Positions 1-13,142 of a stretch of 64,000 nucleotides of DNA are shown piece after piece; the first letter of the stretch is position 1; each line of letters starts with the position of its first letter. This DNA comes from Catajapyx aquilonaris. Lineage: Eukaryota. The position numbers and the translations under genes were made by a program. The DNA lies in contig JYFJ02000949.1 in the NCBI GenBank assembly GCA_000934665.2, positions 1-64,000 on the forward strand, given 5' to 3'. The notes under the pieces were generated by a model. It was not told where the DNA came from and ran no database searches. It saw only the letters and a list, made by a program, of their open reading frames with translations.

Positions 1-230
1 CCAAAAAACCGTACCTTCTTCCCCCCCTCCCCCCTTAGCCTCACCTCCTAGGTCCCGGGACTTTTAGTATGTTTACCTCCTAACTAGTCCAAACAAAGCC
101 CTGAGGTCAATTCTTGCCGTCCCGTCATTTCCGTCTACACCCCCTTCATTGCCTGGACTATATATAATATTGCACAATCATGTATATTGAAAAAAATTAA
201 TGCTATAACTGTTTAAATTTTTTTTTGCAG

Positions 231-873
231 AACTACAAGGTGTTTCTGGCGTTGTTTTTGGCAAGCTTGACTGTGTCCTTCTGGTTGTGTCTCAACGGAA
301 ATGAGGTGCAGAAAACTACAGAGACGCACATGAGGAGAAGTCGTAACGACACAGATTTGAAGCAATTGTGGGACAGGATGCAAGAAAAGGTGTTAGACAC
401 GCATTGCATTTAAATACCAATCAGACTATTATAATCAGATCAATTAATTACTTCAGTATCATTGTTGCGGAATTGTCAATTACACGACCGATTGGCTGGC
501 TGTAAACGACACTGTTCCCGAGTCATGCGTACTATGCGCACAGGTCAGTTTTTGGCATGATGTATAACAATTAAGGAGCTGAAATGATAAATTGTTGCTT
601 CAGGGAAACAGCACCTATTATTACGAAGAAGGCTGCCTAACAAAGATGGCCAGAATGGTTCGTCTCTGGATCGAAGGAGCTCCAATTGTTGGGTTCATCA
701 TCTGCTATGTTTTTGTGAGGATTTTTTTTGATAGTAAATCAACTGTCTGTTGTTAACTATATAACAGCATTACTCTTCAGATGCTTGGAACGATATCTTA
801 TGCTATTCAACTTCACAATTTGAGACATTTAAGACAAGCGATGAACAACGCAGCCACAGGAGATGAAACATGA
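231..873 (+). CDS. Tetraspanin-like protein, copy 1 (5' exons not identified in window)
   Basis: GT-AG exons ~231-389, ~457-543, ~604-714, 781-873 give TM3, LKQLWDRMQEK, YHCCG..DW..VPESC..YYEEGC, TM4 and stop: the tetraspanin large extracellular loop pattern. Confidence 0.8.
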
Positions 874-979
874 TGGGCAACAATGAAGAGTTTGAATTGT
901 TATAGCAACGGAGGCCAAACAAATCAACTATATTCCGTCGTCTGAATGTTTTTTACAGGACAGATTACATCGTATCAAA

Positions 980-1950
980 ATGTGCAGTGTAAAAATGTGG
1001 GAGAGAGGATTAGACGTCACGTACGGTCTAATGCTGGTAAGATTTGAGTAATTATTTTTTTACCAAGATTTTTGCGCCATGTCTATCGCAGGTGCTGGCC
1101 ATTTTGGCATGCGTTTTTGGCTGGCATGCGACTGCTAAAATCATGTGGATTCCCCTGATCCTTGGAGACTGCTGGTACGACATGGGAACAATGACCCTTG
1201 TAATGGCTGCTGTGATGGCTGCCGTAGTGTTGTTCGGCTTCCAAAATTATGGGAGTCAACGTTGTCTCTTGGTGGTGAGTTCCTCTGACTGAATAGTTCA
1301 AAAGGGAGTAAACTTCTCCACTAATCCGGTTGCAGAACTTTGAACTTTTACTGCTGATGCTGCTCTGTCTTGTGGCCGGTACAGTCTGGCTGTATCCGAA
1401 GGACTGGGACGTTCAGAACGTTGAGAATCATGTTAGGACAGACATCAAATTGTATCAGACACGTGTAGAGTTGAAGCGGTCCTGGGATTGGATACAAAGA
1501 GTGGTAAGCATACATCAACCAAAATGACATAAACTATTACTACAGATCAGTCTTTTACAGTTCCACTGCTGTGGAATAGACGTTTACACCGATTGGTTCA
1601 CCCAATTGGACGTGGCGCCTCCTGAAAGCTGCATACACGTCAGTTGCAAATGTGGATTATCGTTATAAAAATAAGTTTCATACCCTCTTTGTTGTTTCAG
1701 GTCAAGGACCACACGTCTTCTGGGTTCAACAGGACGATTGGATACTACGAGAAAGGCTGCTTTGCGACAATGGTCAAACTGGTCCATCTTTGGAGGATAT
1801 TGTCGTCTCTGCTTGTGTTTGCGATGGGCTCTGTGTTTGTGAGGATTCTGTCCGTTGATCAAACATGGGCACTAATAATATGAAAACGTTTTTTCGTAGG
1901 TATTCGGGATGATCTTCTCTGGATTGCTGCTATTCAACGGAAGGAGATGA
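980..1950 (+). CDS. Tetraspanin-like protein, copy 2
   Basis: Six exons from ATG 980 (MCSVKMWERG) to TGA 1950; four hydrophobic segments; FHCCG..DW..PPESC..YYEKGC. Confidence 0.85.
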
Positions 1951-2238
1951 TTGCATGCAAACAACACATATGCAGTAACCTCACATTTCACAAGCCTCAT
2001 CAGGATTGCAGTGGATAAACATGTAGCCCAATGCAATTCAAAATCCATTAAAGAATAAACTGAAAAAGTGTTTTCCTCTGATGATGATGATCACAATGAT
2101 GATGATCTCCGCAGCCAACCTGAAACTAGACACAACAATAAGTAGTTGGCAACAGTTATCATCAGCAATAATGATCAAAATTCAATAGTCGGAATATTTT
2201 TATCTTCAGATGACGTACTCAAAATTATCTAAATCAAA

Positions 2239-3263
2239 ATGTGCAGTGTAGATGATGTGGAATCAGGATTGTCGTTCACTTGCTTTGGAATGGGGGTAAG
2301 GTCTATATAGTAGACTATAGAAAAAGATAGTATACATTTTTTTTCTGATGCCATTGATAGGTGTTTGCAACGTTAGGGATTGCTTACGGAGGACTGGTCG
2401 CTTTTGACGAGATGAATGCGACTCCCCAAATGCTGGATGGAATATTCTTGAACATGGCCGTCATTTTAGTGTTGTCTGGAGCTACGATCGTGCTTTGCTT
2501 GCTCCGTAAAGTCACTTGGGATCAACTTGGCAGAAATAATGCGCTGTTTCCTCTTCTGGTGAGTTGAATTGAAGTAATAACAACATGCGAGTCAGGTTTG
2601 CTTGGTTTGCAGAATTTCATATCGGGCATCATCTTTCTGCTGTCGTTTGTGGTCGGCTGTCTCTGGATAACACGCGGAGAGTGGGAGGTGCAGAGGGACA
2701 TTGAGCGTGTCATGAGTGACAAGTTGAGGTTGTATCCGACAGATCTGGAAGCGAAGAAATCCTGGGACAAAGTCCAGGAAAATGTGAGGCAACATGTAAA
2801 GTCACTTGACATTTTGTGCGTGAACGTTATCTTGTTATGTAGTACTGCTGCTGCGGAATTGAACATCACGATGATTGGCTCACCATAATGGACAGCGTTC
2901 CTCAGGCATGCATGTCAGGACAGGTCAGTCGCAGTCTGCAGGCTAGAACCCGAACGTTACACTGCGGATTTTAAAATAATGCCAGTTACAGTGCAACGGT
3001 AACTTCATGCTGGCGAACTCGAGCTCCACGTATTATTACGAGGAAGGATGTCTGCAGAGGATGGCTGAATTGCTGCAGAGAAGGAATCATGTGGCATCAG
3101 GACTAGTGTTTTACCTCAGCGGTTTTTCTGTGAGGCTTGTTCTGCACAAATAATTAATTCGTGGAATTAACGTATTTGAACTCTTCAGATGGCCGGTGCG
3201 GTTCTCTCCGCAACACTTCTCCAAGAATTATGGCTCTCAGGGAACAGACAAGAAGGAAATTAA
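2239..3263 (+). CDS. Tetraspanin-like protein, copy 3
   Basis: ATG 2239 (MCSVDDVESG) to TAA 3263, same exon layout as copy 2; YCCCG..DW..VPQAC..YYEEGC. Confidence 0.85.
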
Positions 3264-3927
3264 CGGATCAGTTTCCATGTGTAACGCTTGATGCAAAGTA
3301 AATTCATGTTTTCCTATGCAATGTTTTCACTAGCTGAGATTGCAATGAAGGAAGAGGCATCATCAGGATTTCTAAACGTGTGAACAGGTTAGGAATAAAC
3401 GCTGTGGAACTTAAAATCCTGCACTTGTTTCAGATCAGAGTCACATACAACAGTTGTGCAACTTGTGGACTCCAGCAATTAATCACAGAACTACTCAAAT
3501 GAACCAACAGTTTTTGTTAACAAACGAAGCTCTTACAGCACATTGATCGGCTTAAAATTAAGTGTATACAACTGGCTTATAAAGAGCGGAACAATTATTA
3601 AACCCTTACGCTCCAAGTAGACTCACAAACGGAATAAATATTTACACTTAATGCCTCTCTTAATAGTCGCGCATTCAGTCCTACCATCCTTCAGTACACG
3701 GGTAAATGGCATGTGCAGTACAACGCCTTTTGGCAAATTCCCTAAGTACAATTACACAGGCAATGTGATTATGTTAAAAAAAGAACAGGGTGCGGAACCA
3801 CTGCTCTTCCTGACAATATACAGGGTGCTCCATCACTGTATGGCCATACAATGCGACTCTATCAGCCGAAACTAGAACTGACATACTTTTATCACTTGTA
3901 ATGAGAAATCCGGCTGGTTCTAATCAC

Positions 3928-6900
3928 TTAATCCTCGTCTGCCCCCCACTCCAGTTCCTCTCCCCATCCTTGCTCCAGACTGGGTTCGTCCAGCTTCACT
4001 TCAAACTTGTCTTCCTCAGCTTTAGTGGGCAGCAAGACTTTCTGGACACTTGAAATGACTGGCTCCATATCAGCGAAAAAGTCCTCCTCTTCCTCCTGCT
4101 GCTCTGGCTTCTTTACAACCTTAATGTCTAGATCCATTATGTCTAACACTGGCGGCGGTTTTGGAATAGGTTTTGGGATATGCGGAATGCTTTTGGTCAA
4201 AACTACGCCGGCTAAAGCGGTGCTGACGTCTGTGGGAAGGTTGGCGGAGTCCACGGAAATGCTGTTGGTCATAACAGGGGCGTCCTCCCATTCGGACCAA
4301 CTGTCCGTCCCATCATCGTTGCCATTGATGGACTCCCCGGATTCACCACCGTCCGGCGGATGTCGCTCCAACAAGAGGGCACGGTTTGGCGAAGGGGCTT
4401 CAGATTCCTTCTCCTCGGAATCCTTGCAAACATCTGAGGTTTCCAAAGCTGTTAGGAACAGTTAGAGACACATGTTAGTGAAATGGTACTTAAACTGCCT
4501 CACATGAAGCTAAAGCTAGAGATAGCACCTTTAAGTTTCTCCCGTTGCTTTCTCTTTTCTTCCAGCTGTTGCTTTCTTTCTTCCCTCTTCTTCAGTCTCT
4601 CCAATTGTCGCTTGTCAGGTGAAAGGCCAGCTCCAGCCTTCTGAAATACATGCATTTCAGCATCATGTATACAATATTCTAAAGCTGTTGACGTGACTTG
4701 ATGTGTCCGTATCTCTGTTAACATTACCTTTGGTTTCCCATCGTTAAACAGCTTCCCTCTCTGTCCACCGACAACCTTTGTTGCTCCAAGCAGCGGAACC
4801 AGCTCAGCCAGTGCTCTCAGGCTTGCACTCACCAGCTCGTTGTTAACGTCCTTAATTCCAAGCAAAACCTGCATCCAAACACACAGATAAATGCCTCATG
4901 TATGCAATATTATTTACACGGACAAACCTGCGGCAAAAGTTCAGTCTGAAGCTGCTCCCGAGTGAACATGGTGCAGTAGGCAGGAAAGTGCTTCAGAAGC
5001 GAGAGACGAATCTGGACGTCTCGAACTTGGAAGATTTTGGTGAGAGAAGGCAACAGGTGCTGCTTGAATGTGTCGCAGCTGAACAGTGGGATTATTTGAG
5101 GATCCGACTCTCCACCTATCATGAGTTCAATAAATTAATTAACTCATTGCAGTTCTCTGACAACTTGGATTCAAACTGAATTGTTGTGACCTTTCGGTGT
5201 AAGCAGGTGCGGCAGCAGATTAGCGCATGCGGTAGTGTCCAGAAGCACCATCCTCCCAAGCAAGAGGTCTCCCAACTGTGAGGCCACCATTTCCTCCGGC
5301 AAACTGGCCAGCTTTGAGACCAACCCGGAGAAGAACTGGGCCTTTTCCGCATCGCCCTTTATCGGCAGCTCTCTCAGGAAGTTATGGATCGCTATCAGAT
5401 CTAACGAGAAGTAGTGGTGCGATAGAAGAGTGGAAAGCGGCGGCCTCTGGCTCGGAACCATGTTCTGAAGTTCACCCTTGGCAAGTAACAGGAGGTCCTG
5501 TGTGCCTGGAAGCTCTTCTAATTAACAGAAAAAAGATATTTTGATTAAATCCGAAGCAATGTTTGGGTCAGGAAATTTATTCTCACCCTCATCCTGATTC
5601 CTCAAAACTTCCTCCAAGAGAACTCCAAATGCGTATGCATCTCTGGACCCATCCTTGGCCAGCGACTGGACACTGTTTCCTTCCTCAGGGGCTACGCACC
5701 TGTCGTATCGTCTAGCCTTTGTGCTCTCCAGATATGCACTGGTCCCCTCCGAAAACCTGTACAAATTAGTCCAAATTAGTGGGAAAATTTTTAAAACCAT
5801 CCCCTGCCTCAGTTTCCACAGCATGTTGCAGTACACTGGTTTAATCATCAAGAAAACCATTTTGAAATTCTGCTGCACTTTCATTTTCTAACGAGCAACT
5901 CACCTGCACACAAACTCGAGCCCTCCCAACTTCCAGCTCCCGTTGGGCGAGACGTAAATGGCAGCGCGGCACACATTGTTGTGACTGCAGCAAGCCTATA
6001 GTAAAGGTTTCCCAGGGTGAATAAATATACAGGACGTAATTCACTTATATGTATGTACAATACTTATACATATGTATGGCTTATATGTATGTACAATACT
6101 TATACATATGTATGGCTTATATGTATGTACAATACTTATACATATGTATGGCTTATATGTATGTACAATGCTTATACATATGTATGGCTTATATGTATGT
6201 ACAATAATTATACATATGTACAATACTTATACATATGTACAATACTTATACATATGTACAATACTTATACATATGTACCATATTTATACATATGTATCAA
6301 CAGTTCAAAAAGAATTGTTGATACAATACTTATACATATGTACAATACTTATACATATGTACAATACTTATACATATGTACAATACTTATACACATGTAC
6401 AATACTTATGCATATGTACAATACTTATACATATGTACAATACTTATACATATGTACAATACTTATACATATGTATGGACAATACTTATACATATGTGTG
6501 ACTTGTATGTATGGACAATACTTATACATATGTATGACTTGCATGTACAAAACTTATACATATGTACAAACTCCTGCTGCTTGTTCAGAAAGCAAGTAAT
6601 GTACTAATTAGTTTTTGTGACTCTGTGGGTACCCATTTTCCCCTCAAATTTTACCTGGCCGTAACTCAACAACTATAGGAAGCTGAAATTGTCAGGCTAT
6701 GAGTCAATCACAGTTTACACTTTGATAACTTCAAGTAAATCTGTGATGGTGCGTGCCGTTCTTCTTTTATCTCTGGATGAACTGACCCACAATGACGCAC
6801 AATTATTAATCACTGCCATCAAACACTGACTCAGGTCACGTCACGTGAAAGTCATCATGTTTGTTAACAACAAATGGTATGGTAATAAACGTACTCACCT

Positions 6901-7368
6901 TCTCATGCAAAAAAATGACTCCTCTCAGAACGGAGTACAGTCCGAGACAGATCTGAAGCGAACTCTGCTCCTTAATCGCTGTACTGAGCGGCACGACTGC
7001 CTCAGTCACCAAATATGCGCCGCCTTTACACCCGTTGGCTGAAGACGACACGTATCGTAGGATGCTCGGATGCCTGTAGATCTTACAGTTCTGAAATGTG
7101 CGACGTCGCTCTTTACAATGTCAGTCTTTTTCATGCAATATGTCCCCCCTCCAATTGTGCGGCTCCATCCCCTGCATTTTACCCTGATGGCCTTGTCCAG
7201 AAGCGAGGAGGCCCCTCTCCTTGGCTGGGCCACAAACACAGCCACATCCGCCCCTCCGTCCTCCTCGCTCAGCTGCCCCTGGTGCAAGGCCCAGTCGCTC
7301 GTGACGTCCACCGCCTGCTCTGACACTTGCAGGCCCGACGCCTTCAGTCCACTCGACTCGTTACCCAT
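3928..7368 (-). CDS. SCYL3: SCY1-like pseudokinase, PACE-1/SCYL3 type (multi-exon)
   Basis: Starts MGNESSGLK (myristoylation-type); [36 protein letters not shown] pseudokinase motifs; HEAT-like helices ([33 protein letters not shown]); acidic tail [16 protein letters not shown]. Confidence 0.88.
6046..6567. repeat. AT-rich intronic minisatellite (19-bp unit TACAATACTTATACATATG, 36-bp variant at left end)
   Basis: Directly visible tandem copies in an SCYL3 intron; explains spurious ORFs 6017-6607 and 6072-6599. Confidence 0.95.
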
Positions 7369-7643
7369 CACCCTATACACAAACAAAGAGTTTAATTACA
7401 CGGAAAATTTACATTAAAAATTGACACGTACTCACACACATGCAGGAGTGATCCTATCGACTGGGGCATATGCTATTGGGATTGTTTGCGCACGTGATTG
7501 TAATAGGCGATCGGTTGTATCGTTCAAACAATTGCGCGGTAGATTCAAAAATTATTTATTTTATTATTATTATTATTATTTAAAAATTATATTATGAAGC
7601 GTAGTAACAGTCCTTCATTGTTGGCGCCAACAAACCAAAAAAA

Positions 7644-9969
7644 ATGAGTAGATTTGCAATGTGCATTTGGTGCGTACTTGCAGCGCTGCTTTACACGGCT
7701 GATGCTGCCACGTTGTTAGGACAATACCGTCACATATCGACACAAGTTGCGCAGGTAAATGCGACTGCAAATTATTACATTATATGTATACAAAGTACAT
7801 TATGCAAACATTCAATTGCAGGCATCTCGCTTTAAACGCTCGCTTACGGATCATCATGTAAGTACAGATATAGCGCACACTTTCATCGCAATAACAATAG
7901 CTGTAATAATAATAATAATAATAATAATTAATGTAATCTGACACTGCAGGTTCCAAACGATAGCTTCTTTCTGACAGTCCCAGCAGATGATGATATGCAC
8001 GACTTGTGTCTGGAGCCGCAGATTCTGCAGGATGTCAAGTTGAGAGTGGTTTCGCCGACAAGTAATGAGAGTTTTTACCAGTTAACAAACACGCCTGAAA
8101 GCGCAGTCGTGAAGGGATACATATTGGGAGACGAGTCCAACTCATCCGTATTTGGATACATACACAATGGTCATTTCTTTGGTCACTTGGACACTGGTAC
8201 ACGAAAATACCAGCTTGAAGACGCAAGAGTTCTAAGGGGAACTGTGCAAGAGGTGAGCATGTTCTAAAAAGTAATGATCCGGCATTGACTTATTGTTGTT
8301 CCATCTTAGAGCGGAGGCGCACCTTATCCGCTTCGTCGTGAAGAAAGAACAATCATGTACGAGATAGGTCAGCTTCAGAAAACTGAGGAAGCTCCTCCGA
8401 AAGAGACCAGGCGAGTTAAGCGAGCGGCTGAAGTGTTTGGCAGCTACGGCCATCGCATTCATCGCAAGGATGAGCTCCATATGTTTAACCCTGATGCAAT
8501 CTTTTTCGAAGACAGGTGAGTATTACGCTGTTCTCCAGCATAACTTCAGTGGGCAACTCTTTTCTCGTCCGTCCACCATCAGGGATTACAAGGTGATATG
8601 CAGAGTTGGCCTGATTGCGGATCACAAGTTCTTCGCTCACAGTGGTCTGAACGAACTCGGCTTGACCTTTTTGCGCATGGTAGACGTAGCAGTCCAGTTG
8701 CGGAACATATTTGCTCCGATAGACTGGGACGAGAGTGGGACCTGCCAGAACTTGGACTACGAATTCGACGACATGACCATATACACTCACACAAACTCTC
8801 CACACAACCCGCTCGATGAGATGATGCCAGATCCCTCCCGCTACCTGGAGGCATTCAGCAAGGCTTTCGACTTCAGCAACTTCTGCCTCGTTGGAATCCT
8901 CAGCGGGATGAAGTTCATCGGCTACCACAGAGGTAAGCTGAAAATAGAAATGGCACCATTATCATATAGCATATGACCACGGCTCTTTTCAGGTCTTGCG
9001 TATCAGGCAGTGCCGAGACGGAAGACTGGCGGGTTGTGCGAGGAGAGCGTCCGAATTAACGGTGTGGAATGGAGCCGCAATATCTTCGTAGCCACCGCCA
9101 TAGACAAAGACTCTGATGAAAAGATGATCCCGAACCCAGAGTTCATCATCAGGGTTGCCCAGCTAATGGCCCAGGCAATGGGGGCTCCTCCAGACGAACA
9201 GAGATGCATCGTGGATGAAACGACAAGTACGTGAGCTACTCGGCTGGATATTGAAGCATTTTTATACACCAATAATCTCGTTCAGAGCAAAAAGACGGCC
9301 ATTACCTGATGTACCAAGGGAATGATCCAATGCTGGGAAATAAGCCCAACAACTATCGGCTGTCCAACTGCAGCAAGAGTAGCATAAAGGATGTACTGAA
9401 GGAGATGGCCACCTGCTTGTACCCTAAAATCCAGACATACTGCGGAAATGGTATGTGGAAATGTCTCAACATTTCGCCCCCCCTTTTACTGGACGATCAA
9501 TCTGGGATGAAACATTGGCTTGTAGTTTTCAAACTCATGTCTTTTTGCTTCAAGGAGTTCGGGAATCTGGTGAAGAATGCGACTGCGGGACCGAATACGT
9601 GCCATACAATCCATGCAAGCAAGGTGATCAAAAGTGTTGCTGCAACAATAAAGGCTGCCAACTTCCACTCCATAGGAAGGAATGCAAATTGTAAGTGTAC
9701 GATCACTATCAACTGCCGCCTGTATCACAACACTACGTACAGCAGGATGCATTCATCACGGGTACGAATTTCATTTCAGGAAAGCCAGAATAAGTTGCGA
9801 TCAGGACTTGGTGGAATTTTCAAGCAAGCCGGAGGAAATCGGTATTATAGAAATAAACCAAAACAGGACCTATGAGCCCAGCCGGTCCACCAAACTGGCA
9901 CCCTTCCGTTGTGCAGGATTCCTTCCTATCCTATACTCGCTCTACGTCTGCCATGCAATCACTCGATGA
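7644..9969 (+). CDS. ADAM10/ADAM17-like protein, predicted non-catalytic (multi-exon)
   Basis: Signal peptide MSRFAMCIWCVLAALLYTADA; prodomain (GYILGDESNSSVFGYIHNGHFFG); furin site RRVKR; CRVGLIADHKFF, FCL, GLAY..GGLCE, Met-turn YLMY, NNYRLSNCS, CGNGVRESGEECDCG. Confidence 0.85.
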
Positions 9970-11525
9970 GCAAGTTATTTCCGGCAGTATGCCATGTCAT
10001 GAGGTGAGTTCATTTCACACTCAAACCTGTCGACTTGCTATACATTTTAATAAAATAATGTATGGAACAAATCAGCGTTGGCCTTTAATTCATCTGGTCG
10101 CACAACCATTATGTGCAGAAGAGTGGCAGCACCGCATAATCAGCGAAGTGCAGTAAAAATAATTGTTTGCAAGTGAAGAACTGTACGTAAAAAGTATGAA
10201 GTGAATGAGGAGGATTCACTAATGACTATAATATATTAGTCATTTATTATTCACAGCAAATGGACAGGAGGCAGTAAAAGGTCAGTACATCATGCAAGTG
10301 AGTACTACCAGGTATTAAAATTCTCACACAGTGACCTCAACAGTGACTAAAAGTGATGCAAACAATCCAGAAGCGTCAATAAAACATCGCTTAATTACGA
10401 GAAATTTTAGTTATATATATATTTTTTTTTGTCGTCGGACACTACTTGTTTTCCCTTCATCATGCGATCAAATAACTAATTTAGAGTGAATGGCACTAAC
10501 AACGTGTGATTGTCACTCAAAAATATTAGCCTTCAACAATTCTTAATACTTTCTCTCATTTCAAAGGGCATTTCGAGCTAAGACTACGTTCAATGCTATC
10601 ACAGGAGAACAGCTAAGCTGCGCATCTGAAAATGTTTCATCTTCTGAACATTTAACCATAACAGGGATTTTCAAAATTTCCATTGCATATTTCAGTTTAC
10701 AGAAGAAACTAACAAGAACACTTTGTTCGACTAGGAAATAACTTCCATATTCAGAAGGTTATGAACGTTAACATTCTAGCATGATATGCTACGAGATGAC
10801 AATACTCCCATGGACCTCACTAATCAGCTGAAGTATACAGTTCAGAATGTGCCTAAAATTTGTACTACCCTGATAGAACAGTGCAGGAAATCCTCATTGT
10901 ACAAGCACCTGGGATTATTATCATTGTATTCAGTAATAATACTAATATTGAGAGCATCACAGCCTAAAATAATAAAAAAATTGGATTCAAGCATATAACA
11001 ATGAAAGCAACAATCCCGCTTATCCTATGAGCAACAAAAAAAAATGGGGACACATGTCCTCCGCACGTACACAACTACTGAGCAAAACGTTAAAACCATG
11101 AAATGAGGTCACGAAGACATGAATTGGTTGCACCACAAAGCTTAACGAGGATTTCCTGTACTTCACACAACATAAAACTATTTGGCATAAAATAGTGAAC
11201 TGGAGTTATAAAATTTTTTAACAAGAGTGCAGGTAGCAACTGTCCGATTTACAAAGAAAAGTTCCTAACGACATCATCATAAACCTGACGAAGGAATACA
11301 AAATTGCTGCAAACAAAATTGAACTTCAAGTCACTTAATTTAACCCTGACATCAAATTTTTGCAACAGTCTCCGTACATGTAATATGAACGTAAATGTGA
11401 GTACATTAATTAATGCCTTGAACTTTAAACAATCGGATTGTTGCACCCGCACGTGAAAGTGAGCAAGAGAGAGGGGCATTTGATTTCTCACAGCCGTTTT
11501 GAACAATACTGGTGGCAACAATCTT

Positions 11526-12932
11526 TTAGTGGTCTTCATTCGTGGTGACTTCCACTCCGGATTTGCTGACCACACAAAGGGACACTCCGAGGACCACCAT
11601 GGCCATACCGACATGGTGGCTAATGCCACCTCCTGTCTCCTCACCCAAAAGGTGGCCAACCAGTGCAGTGAAGACAAATGTCAGAGCGTTGGTCAACGGG
11701 ACTGCCAACGATAACTCTAAGGAAGAATGGAAAATTAGTAAAACCTTACAGTGCGGCAGACTAAATATTAGTTACCAGACGATTGGAGAGCAAAAAGGAA
11801 CAAGACTGATCCCAGCTGGTTGGCCAAGAAGGGCAGCAGGTACTGCAAATAAGTGAACATGTCAGTCCACCGCTTCTTGCAGTTGATCCAGATAATAATG
11901 TCAACGTATGTCGCCCTGTACCTTCCAAGTGGTGGCGAGGAAATAAAGCTCTCCGAACCAGCTCCCTCCTGCGGCCTCTATTCCTTCCCCACCCTTCCTC
12001 ATCAGCGGATTGGTCACACCCCACAGCACAGCCACCGTCACCAGCAGAGCAATGCTGCTTCCATTACCTGCCAAACAAATAAAAAAAAAATTAAGCAGAC
12101 ATTTAGGCATCATTGTTACTTCCCAGGAGTGTAAGTACGTTCAGCACACCCAAGTTGTTATCGGCTTTACTCAGATATTTGTAGCAAATATTAATTGACT
12201 TTTGTAGGTATGATACATCTAACTTCTAGCTTATTATTTATTTTAACTCTTATATATGACTAGCAGGTTACCCGGCGTTGCCCGGGTATGTTATGGTGGT
12301 AGGCCTACAATGTAATGAGGGCATTAGCATGGAAATCTATGAATATTGTTAAATAGGTAATTGATAATTGGTTAATTGGGAATATGCGTGTTATGGGTGT
12401 TAGGTTCATTTTCGGAAGCTGAAACATGCGGCATTAAATTCCTTGAAAAATGTAACCCCCGATATGCTAATTTAAGGCGGTGTAGGGGCCTTCCCCCGGA
12501 TTTCTATAAGGGACAAACATCCAAACTGACAAACTTCCTTATTTATAGAGATAGAGATAATGTACATTTCATTTCATCAGTGATTATCCTTAATGGGATA
12601 TGTTATTTACTTTAATTTTATATTAACAACAAATTCAGAGGCATGTCCTGGTACTTTTGTCGACAACTACAGGTTTCTGACAGCTCTCATCAACGTGTCA
12701 TTATCATTTTAAAAAAAAAAAATAGTGTTCGAATCGTTCGAAGTGTTTGTCCTCCTCGACGTTGGTTCCACCCTCCCTCCAAAAGACGGACCCTTGGTTT
12801 CAGCCTCACTGTGACCCGCCCTATCCAGAGCAAGGTTCAGGCTACAAGACCCGTCCCCCATTGCGACTCTTTCACTCGAATTCGACCTAAAAATGCCTCA
12901 CCTCCAAGAAGTTCAAACCATTCGGCAGCCAT
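11526..12932 (-). CDS. TMEM234: Transmembrane protein 234 homolog (4 exons)
   Basis: Exon 1 12932-12902 (MAAEWFELLG) joins in phase to VAVLWGVTNPLMRKG..WK|YLLPFLANQLGSVLF..|LSLAVPLTNALTFVFT, the TMEM234 pattern. Confidence 0.88.
12260..12557 (-). mobile_element. Non-autonomous Helitron-like element (~298 bp)
   Basis: Minus strand starts TC, ends with hairpin ACCCGGGCAACGCCGGGT then AACCTG-CTAG, sits between host A and T with no TSD; 5' part has TTTGTC-type short repeats. Confidence 0.8.
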
Positions 12933-13142
12933 CTTTTTTTTTTCTTTTTTTCCAGCGCCATCAGTTCGTTCCTTTGCCCAACTCGGCCCAACTTAAAAAA
13001 GGAACAGCCAGTCCGGTCCGGTCCCTCAGTTTATTCCAGTTTTTTTTCTTTTTTCCAAAATGGCCGCCTGCGAGTGACTCAAAAATTAATTGAACCTGAT
13101 TTAATTGCGACGTTTAACACGTATTTTGATCAAGTTGGTGCA
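12933..13142. promoter_or_regulatory. Bidirectional promoter region TMEM234/VPS28
   Basis: Only ~210 bp between divergent start codons; contains AAAATGGCCGCC (YY1/Pho-like) near 13037. Confidence 0.6.

Noticed and set aside
6017..6607. 196-aa and 175-aa Tyr/Met/Cys-rich ORFs
   Set aside because: Translation of the intronic minisatellite.
231..9969. Functional link between the tetraspanin array and the ADAM10-like gene (TspanC8-ADAM10 analogy)
   Set aside because: These tetraspanins lack the 8-Cys loop, and proximity alone is weak evidence in eukaryotes.
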